A stretch of 61,561 nucleotides of DNA, the filler included, from Basidioascus undulatus (lineage: Eukaryota), in NCBI GenBank assembly GCA_000826855.1. It is 14 parts of 14 records of this genome, joined end to end, with 100 filler letters (N's around TTAATTAATTAA, not from the genome) between each part and the next. Parts side by side here need not be neighbours in the genome. Positions count along the whole stretch, not along the records: positions 20,517 to 44,017 come from JTLS01000263.1; 13 more parts are not named here. One strand, written 5' to 3'. The position numbers and the translations under genes were made by a program. Shown piece after piece: positions 25,558 through 37,378 of this stretch. Below the pieces are notes generated by a model. The model had not been told where the DNA came from. It saw only the letters and a program-made list of their open reading frames with translations, and made no database searches. Within the stretch, counting starts at the first letter, position 1. Each line of letters opens with the position of its first letter.

Positions 25558-27762
25558 ATGGGTCAAACGCTCTCTGAACCGGTCGTGGAGAAGCATACCG
25601 CCTCGGGCGAGGATGTGGACTTTGCGTATGGCGTCAGTGAGATGCAGGGATGGCGCATCAGTGAGTCTTTGCTTTCGTCACGGCAGCAGCAGCAGGCGGG
25701 AAGGGAGCGTGTCCTCGGGGCGCTTTGATGGAACGCGCAGGCGAAGATCGACTGGGGCAGGGGCGGGCGGTGCTAGCAGACGCCCTACCGCCCCGGGAAA
25801 CTTGATGTCTCCTGCACGCTTTTCACTGGAATATCCGCCTTGCGTGGTATGAATAACGGACCTGACTGACGACCGACCCCTCTCCCATCAGGCATGGAAG
25901 ACGCGCACACGACTCAGCTCGACCTCCGGCCCTCTTCGTCGACCTCGCCCTCGGACCCCTCAGCCAAATCCGCCTTCTTCGCAGTCTACGATGGGCACGG
26001 GGGTAGCACAGTCGCGCGCTTCACGGGCGAGACGCTCTACACGCGCCTTGTGGACGCGGACGCGTTCAAGCAGGGCAAGTGGGCTGCCGCCCTCAAGCGC
26101 GCCTTCCTCGGCACCGACGAGGACCTCCGGGAAAGTGCGTTGCGCTTCCACACGCGCCATCTCCGAAATCAGCTTGCTCGTTCGGAGGGGAGACTGATGA
26201 CAGCGTGGGTGGTCGTGATTGAATAGACCCGGACTTCTCTTCCGACCCCTCCGGCTGCACCGCCGTCGGTGTCCTGATCACCCCGCCCGCGCCCCACCCG
26301 ACCGACCCCAGTCAGCAAGGCCCACGCAAGCTCGTTTGCGCCAACGCGGGTGACTCGCGCGCTGTCCTCGGCCTCGCCGGTGAGGCGAAGCCGCTTTCTT
26401 TCGACCACAAGCCGCAAAACAAGGGTGCGTTCGCTCAACTGAAATTATGAGGCGCGTCGTGGACTGACGAGGAGTTCGTGGATGATTAGGCGAGAGCGCC
26501 CGAATTGTCGCTGCGGGTGGCTTCGTGGAGTTTGGGCGTGTGAATGGTGCGTCATTCTACTTCGCAGAGGGCGAGGGAGAGGGCACCAGGGCTGAGCTGC
26601 GTGATCGCGTCTGCAACAGGCAACCTCGCTCTTTCCCGAGCGATCGGTGACTTCGAGTTCAAGCAGAACGTGAGCCTCGACGCCGAGAACCAGATCGTCA
26701 CGGCCGACCCGGACGTCACCGAGCACGAGTGCACAGGCGAGGAGGAGTTCATTGTCGTTGCTTGCGATGGTGCGTTTCCGCTTCGGCTTCTGGGAAAGGT
26801 GGAAAACGGGCAAGGATTAACTGACGTCACGACGCTTGTTCAGGCATCTGGGACTGCCTGACGTCCCAACAAGTGATCGACTTCACCCGACGGTCGATCG
26901 CGCAGCGCGTGCCGCTGCCAGAGATCTGCGAGCGGCTGATGGATAAGTGTCTTGCGCCGGACTCAGAGCTCGGCGGCGTTGGGTGCGACAACATGACTGT
27001 GATCGTCGTCGCGCTCTTCGGCGGGCGGACGAAGGAGGAGTGGTACGACTGGGTCGCGGACCGCGTCGAGCGCGGCGTCGGCTACAACACGCCCGAGAAG
27101 ATCCCCGAGGTCTTTGGCCAGCAGACCGCCCAGCAGGTCGGGGGCCCCGGCCAGGGCGGCGCGGGCAGCCCGCTCGGCCTGTTGAGCGGCATCGCGGGCG
27201 GGCAGGGCGGCCGCGGGGGGCTCGCCCAGGCGCTGAGCGCGGGGGGGATCGTGTTCCAGCCGGGAGGGACGCTTACGGATGAGTGAGTTTGCGTTTGTTG
27301 TCTTCTTTCTCTGTTGTTGTTGTCCGGGGCACGGCGGACACTGGTACCCTTGTGAATTTGGAATGCTGAGAGTGTCGCGTGCGCGGTGCGTGTCGTCGCA
27401 GGGACGGCCATATGGTGTACAGCAACATTTCAGACTCGGACTCTGAGGAGGAGGACGACGACGACGAAGACGACGACGAAGACGACGACGAGACGATGCA
27501 CGACGACTATGCACCCACGGCGAACCACGACGCTGCCTCCGCGTCCTCGCTCGAGGCCGGGAAGGCACACGAGCCGCAGCTCCGGGAAGCGACGGACGCG
27601 CCGCTCGAGGACACGGCCGACACGCCCAAGCCCGCGCCCGAGGCGGACGACGCATTCCCGACGCGCCGGCAGCCCCCGACCGAGGGCGAGATCGCCGCGA
27701 GCGGCGGCCTCACGGACAAGAGCGAGGACCCCGCGGTCGACCTCGCAAAGTCGACCTCATGA
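25558..27762 (+). CDS. PTC2: protein phosphatase 2C, Ptc2/Ptc3 type
   Basis: MGQTLSEPVVEKHT..GVSEMQGWRI/SMEDAH..FFAVYDGHGG..SGCTA..CANAGDSRAVL..PLSFDHKP..GNLALSRAIGDFEFK..ACDGIWD..GCDNMT, with an acidic tail. Confidence 0.96.
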
Positions 27763-28300
27763 TCGTCCAAAACCGAACACTTATCTCTTCTCTTCTCTGA
27801 CCCCCTCCTTGCCTGGCCGCCCTCGGAGATATTTCCCGCCGTTCGCCCTCGTCCTCATCCCCGTGTGATATCGTTTCCCGCCGTTCCTGTCTACTTTTTC
27901 TATTACTCGATCTTCCCCTCTTTCACTTTCTTTTGTGTGATGCGATGAGATGCGATGATGTATACCCCCCACCCACTGCAGCGGCACTCACGAAATGCAA
28001 GCCTGATGGGAGCTGAAGACTGCCTGGCTACTTCCGTCGGAGTCGCGACTGTCTCGCTTCATCGCTCGCGTCCTTCTCTGCTTGCGCTCATGGTCCCTGC
28101 ATAGAATACGCGTACTCTCCGTGGAACCGGGATGACGCTGCCTACGGAACTGCTTGAGTTGCCAGGGCCCGACGATTGACTTGCGCGTCGTCTCCGCCCC
28201 TGACACGCGTCGTGGCTGCCTTCTTGCGTCTCGCCTTGATCGCCTTGCCCTTTGGGGTTGCTCACCTACACCTTTACTCTACTCCTCCAACTAACCCGTC

Positions 28301-31300
28301 ATGATGCGCCCAATATCATCCTTGTTTTCATCCTCCTCTTCGAATCAGCCAAAGCAGCCGCGGGCAGCTCCCGCAGCGCGGCCGCACCCCGCTCATCTCC
28401 TAGCGTCCGCATCTCGGTCTTCCATCGCATCCCCCTCGCCGCCATTGCATTCGCGGCCCTTCGACCCGCTTAAACCATCCAAGGCAGCCTCACAGCGCAG
28501 ACCAATCCTCGGGCCCCTGCCCAGGGACGTCGTGGTGCTCGTCCTCGCTTGGGTGCCCGTGCCCGACTTGCCCGCTGTCGCGCTGGGTAGCCGCGCGCTC
28601 GCGGGCGCGGTGAGGGACGATGGGGTCTGGCAAGGGAGGTGGGAGGCGGTTCGAGAACGGGGAGAGGTATTAGAAGGGAAGAAGGCTCGGATGGGGCAGG
28701 GACCAAGGCGGGTGGAGAGCGACAGACGACCACCGGTACCACCCCCGCCGCCAGCAGGCACGACGATACCCAAGCTCCCACCTCCTTCCATAAGCAACAA
28801 CCTCCTCGACTTCGACACCCCAGCGCTCTTCGTTCCCTCCTCCGCTCCAGAATCCCTCCTCGACTTCGACTCCCCCGCGCCACCCCCAGTGCCCTCAACG
28901 CCCTACCACCTCTACCGGATGCACCACCTCCGTCTCCTCCCCCGCGCACGCTCCCTCACCTCCCCGACCCTCCCCGCATTCCTCACCGATCCAAATCCCA
29001 GTAACACCGCACGTGTCTTCCTCCGCCTCGACTCGTTTCTCGCGCCCGCCGTCCAGCCGAGCCGCGACTGCCGCGCACTTCGCGACGCCCTCGAGCGCGC
29101 GAGAACCTGGTTCAGCAGCAGGCTCCTGCGCGAGTTCCAGGCTGCCGAGGAGCGAGTGGAGGGACGCGCGATGCGCGAGATTGCTGAGGCGGCATGGCTG
29201 CTTTGTGGAGAGGATCAGGGGAAGTACGAGGTTGCCAGGGTCTGGATAGCGGGGAGGAAGGTGTTCCAGGAGCTTGAGCAGTGGAATGCATTGGATAACA
29301 TCAGGTGCGTAGCTTCTCACAAATCACTCCACGTCGCTGTGGCAAACGTTTTCCGTCGCGGGAACAGCACCACCACCACCGGTATCCCCACGCTCAACTT
29401 CGAGCCCATGACGACCTTCACCTCGCACGTCACGTCCACGCTCCTCTCCTCGGGCTCACTCGCACGCAAGATCTTCCCGCGCCAAGCGGACGTGCTTCTC
29501 TCCCTCCTCGCCCGGATCTCCACGGACGTCCTCGCCGCCTACGCTGAGCCGCTCCTCAGCCATGCGCGCACGCTCTCACCGCTCACCCACGCCCGCGCCA
29601 CGGCGGCCGCGTTCGCCCAGAGCTTGACGCTCGTCGATGCTGTGATGAAGATCGCGGATGACGAGCATGTGCCGCTGGGCGAGCGCGGGAGGGTCACGAG
29701 GACCAGGGCGGAGGACGTGCTCTATCGTATGGCGGAGCCGTGGATGGACCCCTACCTTTCGACTGAGGTGGAGGGGCTGCGGGAGGCACTGGAGAGCGTT
29801 TGCGACGAGTGGAATAAACTGGTGCGTGCATAACCTTCTCTCTCTCAACAAATCGCAAGAGAAAAGTCCAGCTGACTTGTGCGTGTTCGAGGACAGATCG
29901 ACACCACCCACGCCCCGACCTTCGTCCCCACCTCTAACCCCGCGACGCTCAAGCGCTCCGCGCTTTCCGGCCTCCAAGCGGCGCTCCTCCTCCCCGTGAC
30001 TATCGTGCCCCTCACCGCGTCGTACACGCTCTCCGCGCTGCGCACGACAGGCAGCGCAACGGTGCAGGGCCTGCAGATGCTCGACCCGCGGCGGTGGCAG
30101 GCGGGCGTGCAGGCCATACCCGCAGGGACGCAAGCGCTGCCGGTCGTCACTGCCGAGGTTGAGGCAGAGGGGGACGTCGTGTTCGAGGCGCCGGAGGAAG
30201 AGGAGGCGAAAGCCAAGGTGGTCGAGGCGCGGGAGGAGACGGCGCGGAGCGCGGAGCCACGGACGTCGAAGGGCTCGACCGAAGGCGACAACGAGTGCGA
30301 CAAGCTCCAGATGCTTGTATCGCTTGACATCGCGCTGCAGCTCATCCACGCTTCGCGCGAGACGCTCAAGCGCGTACAGACGTTTCGAGGGTTTCCAGGG
30401 CGGTATGGGTACCGCGTCAAGGATACGGTGGGGTTTTATTATTCTTTTTCGAGTCTGTTCGCTCGTCTCTCCATGCGCGGGGATCCTGATGCCTGCGTGG
30501 CGGGGCTGTAGATCGAGGAGTGCTTCATCATCCTCCTTCACGCGCTGGGCCAACGCCATCTTGTTCCTGGCTTTGCAAAGTGAGTGGGCGGGCGAGTGCG
30601 AGCGCGCTGGAAGAAGAATGGAAGCGCGCTGACGAGTTGGGGATGACCGCAGGGCGACGGATGAGATGCGGGCGTTCCTGCCGGCAGAGCACGAGCACAC
30701 GGCGACGCACAGCGTTGCGCCCCTCATCCAGTTCTTCGAGCTTACGCATCTCGGCGACACGATTCAGAGCATGGTCCAGGTTTACTTCGATCAGGAGCTC
30801 GTGAGTGCGGGCGCGTGCTGTTCCTTCGTGCTGTGCTCTGCGGTCGCTGATTCGAGCGTCGTGACACTGTGGACTGCAGGTCATCGACAAGACAGACTTC
30901 CTGAACGATGTCGTCCGGGAGAAGAAGAAGTTCGATCTGGGGCTGGACGAGGCTGTCGCGGCGGGTCTGGACGCCGGGATCGGTGCGTCTCTTTCGCTCA
31001 CTCACCCCGCCGTACCGGGATGGCGCTGAGACAGGACAGCGAGCCAGGCGTGCTGATGGCCCAGGTGGAGCACATCATAACACGCCTCCAGGGCCCGCTC
31101 GACTTCTGCCCTGCGCCGGGGACGACGGTGGAGCTTGGCCCGACGCGCGCGTGCAGGGAGGCGATCGAGTGTCTGAAGATGCACTGCGACCTCCTTAGGG
31201 GCGTGGCGGACAAACATGTGGTGTGTCCTCTGGTATCGATACCATTACAACGCGATGTGCTCGTGCTCACCCGTAGGCACGCTGCGTTTCAGCTCGAGGT

Positions 31301-31872
31301 CTTCTACTCGGAGATCGGCGTGCGCTTGCAATCGTACGTCTGCATTGTCCTGCGTCCCAGACCGGCTGACTGATATTCCACGTGCCCGTTCAGTATTGTC
31401 CAGAAACACCTCAAAATGCATATTATCTCTATCGAGGGCGGCTTCCAGGTCATCGCCGATTTGAACGCCTACCACGCGTTCGTCGCGTCCCTTCGCCAAC
31501 AAGTGGTGACCGAGAATTTCTCGGCGCTTAAGATGGTCGGACACGTGTTCATAGTGCGTCTTTCCCTTCACCGTTACTCTCGCTGTGCCTGACGATGGAG
31601 GGGGCGCATCCGCAGGTCAGCGACGCCAAAGACCTCGGCCAGATCGTACGCGACGTCTCGCGCTACCGCGGACAGTTCCCGCCCGATGAGGTGTACGAGT
31701 TCATCAAGCGCCGGGCGGATTGGAAGAGGATCGAGAAGGAGGTGAGTTCACTTAGGGATATGTTGGGACCTGGAAGCCGCGGCGGCGGCTGACGACAGTG
31801 TGAGCGCCTGTTCCCCAGGTGGACAAGGCTATGTATGGGTGGAGCTCTAGGGAGGACTGCGTAATTTCATAG
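28301..31872 (+). CDS. RCY1: recyclin-1 (F-box plus Sec10-like domain, C-terminal CAAX)
   Basis: N-terminal F-box ([21 protein letters not shown]), [73 protein letters not shown]...EDCVIS*. Confidence 0.93.
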
Positions 31873-32558
31873 CTTGGCCTGCACAGCCAGCTGCCTGGAC
31901 ATGCGTTTGAGCACAAGTGAGCGGGCTCGGCAGCACTCCAGGCTGCTGTCGGGCCGGTTGGTACGAGCTCAAGTGCGGCACCACAGGATTGGTCGACGTC
32001 GCTATATCAGTCGTAAGCACACGCCAAGGGACTGATGCAACGTCGATCATGGACATTGCGCCAGGCAACGCGCAATAGCAGCCGACCGAAGCCCCGGCAC
32101 CGTGCCGCACAGTCGGGATAGCGTGGTGCCCAGAGATCAGCACGTTCTTGACCCCTGATCGCGCCGTGAAAGACAGGCGCTCGCGGTCTAGCACCAGAAC
32201 AAAACAGATGAGCTGAATGAAATCTTTTGGGCTTTCGCACTTTTGATTACAGGAGCACGAACGCAAGTACACGCAAACACACGCAAGCAAAACGTGGTCT
32301 TCGTGACGATGCATGCGGAGGAGCGGTTGATGCTCTGAATTACAACAAGTTTTTGTGGTCGATGCGAGGTTGAACAGGACGACGATGAGGATGCGAATAA
32401 CGACGAGTGTACCAATACGAGACAGCAGGATAATGCGGATAGGGTAGGGCGGGTACCGGCAACGTTGAGGCCGGGTGGGGGCGAACGGTTGACGTTCGTG
32501 AGGTAGAGGGGCAATGCGGAGGGAGGAGGGGGACGGAGTTGATGGCCAGCCGATGCGC

Positions 32559-35500
32559 TTACGCGTACGTCTGGCGGGCCCACTTCGCGGCCCCGACGAG
32601 GTTGATGAGCGCGGCCTCCGTCTCCTTCCAGCCACGGGTCTTGAGACCGCAGTCGGGGTTGATGACGAGCTTGTCGGAGGGGATGAGGTCGTCCCTGCGA
32701 GACGAGGCGAAGAAATGGTCAGCCTCGAGAGCTTTGAAGCGATGAGCAGCTTGAAAACGGGGAAGACGCACTTGACCATGTCGGCGATGCGCTGCTGCAT
32801 CTCGGCGACGGACGGGACACGCGGCGAGTGGATGTCGTAGAGACCGGGGCCGATCTCGTTCGCGTACGAGTGCTCCTTGAACGCGCGGAGGAGCTTCATG
32901 TCCGACTTGGACGCCTCGATGGAGATGACGTCGGCATCGAGCGCCTTAATCGAGTCGAAGATGTCGTTGAAGTCGGAGCTGAAGGGAGATCAACGAGTCA
33001 GTATCCCGCCAAGACAAAGAGGAGGAAATAAAAGTAACGATGGAGGTAGACGTACTAGCAGAAGTGCGAGTGGGTCTGGGTGCCGTCCTCGACGCCAGCG
33101 ACCGAGAGGCGGAACGAGTCGACGGCCCAGGTAAGGTAGTTCTGCCAGTCGACTTGGCGGAGGGGCATGCCCTCACGGATGGCGGGCTCGTCGACCTGGA
33201 TGGCCTTGATGCCGGCCTTCTCGAGGTCGAGGACCTCGTCGCGGAGCGCGAGCGCGATCTGCTTCGACTGGATCTCCTTGGAGACGTCGACACGGGGGAA
33301 CGACCACGCGAGGATGGTGACTCTGCGAGCAGACAGAGGTCAGCTTGGCTCGGCGAAAGAAGAGGAGAGGAAGGCGGAAGGACGTACGGGCCAGTGAGCA
33401 TGCCCTTCATGGGCTTGGACGAGACCTTCTGAGCGTACTCGGACCAGCGGACGGTCATGGGCGCCGGGCGCGAGACGTCCGAGACGATGATGGGCGGGCG
33501 GACGTAGCGCGAGCCGTACGACTGCACCCAGCCGTTGGCCGTGAAGGTGAAGCCCTGGAGCTGCTCGCCGAAGTACTGGACCATGTCGTTGCGCTCTGTA
33601 GATCGACAACGGCAATCGTCAGCAAGGCACGCTATGGATGATAAGACAAGGGGGGAAACGGAGACGCACCAGGCTCGCCGTGGACGTAGAGGTCGAGGCC
33701 GACCTTGTCCTGGAACTTGACGACGGACTCGATCTCCTTGGCGATGAAGTCGTCGTACTCTTGCTGGCTGATCTCGCCCTTGGTGAACTTCTGGCGGGCG
33801 ACACGGATCTCCTTGGTTTGCTGCACAAGAGGCGAAAATGAGTAAAGCTTTGCGCAATAAGCAGAAGGGAGACGAACCGGGAAGGAGCCGATGGTGGTGG
33901 TCGGGAACTTGGGGAGGTTGAGCTTGGTGCGCTGGGCCTCGCGACGGACGGTGAAGGGGCTCTGGCGGTTGAGCATGTCCGGGGAGATCTTAGCGACACG
34001 GTCGCGGACGGCGGGGTCCGACTGGGACTCGAAGTCGCGGCGGCGCTTGATAGACGCCTTGTTCTCGTCGAGGGCCTTCTGCTCCTCAGCGGAGAGCTTG
34101 CCGGATGCGGCCTTACCGAGGAGCGCGATCTCGACGACCTTCTCGCGCGCGAACGACAGCCAGTCCTTGATCTGCGCGTCGAGCTTCTTCTCGTTCGCGA
34201 GCGTCACGGGGGTGTGGAGAAGCGAGGAGGACGAGGCGACGATGACGCGGTCGGCGCCGAGGGCGTCGATGGCCTTCTTGACGAGAGCGAGCTTGGCCTC
34301 AAGGTCGGTCTTCCAGATGTTGCGGCCGGAGACGGCACCAAGCGAGAGGACAGTCTTCTTGTCCTTGATCGCGGCGAGTACGTCGTCGAGCTGCTGGGGC
34401 TCACGGTCGACGTCGATGTGGATACCGTAGACGGGGAGGTCCTTGACGTAAGAGAGGTTAGAGTCAAGGCGGCCGTAGTCTGTGAAAAGATTGCGGCAAT
34501 GTAAGCATGATGTTGAGGTAGCAAAGGGAAGGGGAACGTGACGCACAGGACGCGACGACGATGGGAGGCGCAACGGCAACGAGTTTCTCGTACGCGGACT
34601 TGAACTGGGGGCCAAGGTTGGCGACCTTGTCGAGGACAAGGACGGGCTCGTCGATCTGGACGGACTTGACGCCAGCGGCCTTGAGGTCGGCGAGGATCTG
34701 CTCGTAGACGGGGACGAGGTTGTCGAGGAGGGAAATGGGCTCGAAGTCGGGGGAGGACGCGTCACGGCCGGCCTTGCCCAGGACAAGGAAGGAGATGGGG
34801 CCAAGGATGACCGGGCGGGTCTCGATGCCGAGCGCCTTCGCCTCCTGGTACTCCTCGAGCGTCTTCTTACTGCGGTAGGAGAACTCGGTCTTCTCGGACA
34901 GCTCGGGGACGATGTAGTGGTAGTTGGAGTCGAACCTGACAGAAGCGCACGCTAAGCACGAGTCGTAGAACTCAGGAAAGGGGATTGATGAGGATACGTA
35001 CCACTTCTTCATCTCCATAGCGGGCTCGTCGACGTCACCAACCTGGCGGCCACGACCCATGGCGAAGAAGGCATCGAGGTCGGAGAGGTTGTGGCGGGCA
35101 TAGCGGGCGGGGATGGCGCCGACGGCGAAGATCTGGTCCAGGACGTGGTCGTACAGGGTGAAGTCGCCCCTGCAAAACGCAGCATCCACTCAGCTCCTGT
35201 TCGCCTCCGCCTCCGCACCGAACAGAGAAGACATATGACTCACGAAGGAACGAGGTCGATGCCGGACTTGGAGATGTACTCCCAGTTCTGCTGACGGATA
35301 TCCTTGGCAACCTTCTGGAGGTCCTCAGCGGAGGACTTGCCGCCCCAGTACTGCCAGAGTGCGTGAAGTCAGTGGTGAATGTCGAGCGGAGAGAGAAGAC
35401 ACGAGCGGAGGGTGAGACATACGCTCTCGACGGCCTTCTTGATCTCACGGTTGGGCCCGATGCGGGGGAAACCAAGGACAGAGGACTGAACGGTGGCAGA

Positions 35501-35570
35501 CACTGCAGTACGGTATCCAGATAAGCGGTTGCTCGCAGCGAGGGAGCCTGGTTGCCGGCTAACACGTACT
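32559..35570 (-). CDS. MET6: cobalamin-independent methionine synthase
   Basis: [124 protein letters not shown]. The start codon is split A|TG by intron 35569-35503. Confidence 0.98.
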
Positions 35571-37378
35571 TTTCAAGAGGGAAAAGAGATCTGTGCGTGG
35601 CCTGATGGTCAGATCGAGCCCATACGCAAATCGCAGTCAAAGAAGTATACGCACAGCGTCGTTAAAAGGAAGAAACGAAAGAAACAATGCTGCGTGTGCG
35701 AGTGCGGATACGATAGCGACGACGCGGTAGTCGAGGGCGAGGTGCGATGGTCAGGGGAGAAGGGGAGAAGGATGTGGCAGAAAGTTGACCCACGAAGGCT
35801 CGCCGGGCGCTTTTTCAAGGGCCGGCCTTGCGCGGCTCTGGCCTGATCACGTCTTCTCGCTTTTGCCAGCTCACACAGTCGGAAGTTCAAACGCGGGGCC
35901 CCTCGCTTGCATACCCTCGGCTTGGGAGCCTCGTCCAATGACAGCCAATGAGGCGTCTTCTCTTCGCCTCCTGTCTGCCAGCGGCTCAAGCGGCTGCATT
36001 TTTCGAAAGTCCAAGCGGGACGACGACGAACTGGCCAGCTGGAGCAGCTTGAGCAGGCAGACTTGCCATTGCCAGCGGCTCTGGTGCATTTTGTTGAGCA
36101 GCATATCATCATGGATGCAGTGTTTGCTGTTCGGTGAAGATGTATGAGACGACCTGCAGCTGAGCATGCAATTCAAAGCGCAGTGGCATCAGACCACTCT
36201 AGGGAGATCAGGCTGGCTGTGCGGTGACTCACTGTGGCAGTTTTCAGGCTGCATGATTAGGTTTTCTTTTCGATCTTTTCGTTCTGCATCTTTGAACGTA
36301 TTGCCTTGTGACGATGACCTGTTGTATGTAAAGTCCTCGAGCGCAACACCAAGTCTAGTCCGGGCACTGCCAACAAGCATGAAGGTACAGACCTCGAACT
36401 CTGCCGAGCTTGAACGGCCGCTTGACTCTGGGAAATAAGCGATACCCCAGTTTTTTTTGGTATATAGCTAGGCAAAATATCCTGCGATAGGCCAGTGTCC
36501 GCTATAGGGCTGCGAGGACTGCGTGAATGAGACGGTTCAGACGAGCAATGCCGTGCTGCACGGCGCGCACGATGTGATCGCAGCACACCACGGTGAGACC
36601 CAATGCAACAAACCCGAAGATCATTCCCTATCCTTGTAGTGGAGCGCAGTTGAGTTTGAGACAACTCGGTGGAAGCACAGCTTGAGCGAATGGGAAGATC
36701 ATGGAGGACACCTTCAATGCTACTTGAGTAGTGGCCGCTCGTTCGAGCAGCGTAGAGTGCTTGCTAGTTAATCATGTGAGCAGATTTTCAGACTCATTGT
36801 TCCTTTCGGAGCTATTGTTGGAGAAATTATAATCGAAGCTCTTCACAGCTCGCACATGAGCCGATTCGGCGTCTGCTGGATCGATACGGAGCTGTTGGCT
36901 GCCCGACCGGAGGAAACTAGCAGGATACTTTGTATAGATTGACCTTTCTATAGATTCTCTATCCTTTTAGAACCTTCAAGGAAGGAATGAACAAGTGCCG
37001 CTAGACGGTACAGCCCAACATCGCGGGGATGCAATGAGAATCGGGGCTCGACGTTGATTGCCGCTGAACCAGAGATTTTCGAACCTCAGATATTTTCCAT
37101 AAATCATATCTTGGTCCCAAAGAGCAAGAGATGTGTGTGCAGCGAGTGAAAGCGAACAGCGACGCTGCGAATTTCACGTGGGACAGTCCTGAATGAACTC
37201 AACCTTCCCGAAAGGCAAAGCCGAAAGGCACAATTCGAATCTTTGTGGTCGCTCGACTTTCCACTCTCCCTTCCACTTACCCAATCCATTCCTGTGCGCC
37301 GCCAGCGGTTCCGATATTCATACGAAATGATCAGCTGATTCGTATATATCTGGCACACCTCAGTCTCCGCTCCACGCG

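Noticed and set aside
29576..30760. 394-aa minus-strand ORF (also 38948-40165 minus, 33891-34430 plus, 26963-27655 minus)
   Set aside because: These are antisense shadows of the GC3-rich genes RCY1, SDA1, MET6 and PP2C, with no recognisable protein features.
35845..35882. TCACGTC and CTGTG upstream of MET6, resembling Cbf1 and Met31 sites
   Set aside because: They are imperfect matches to Saccharomycotina motifs, and such short words are expected by chance.
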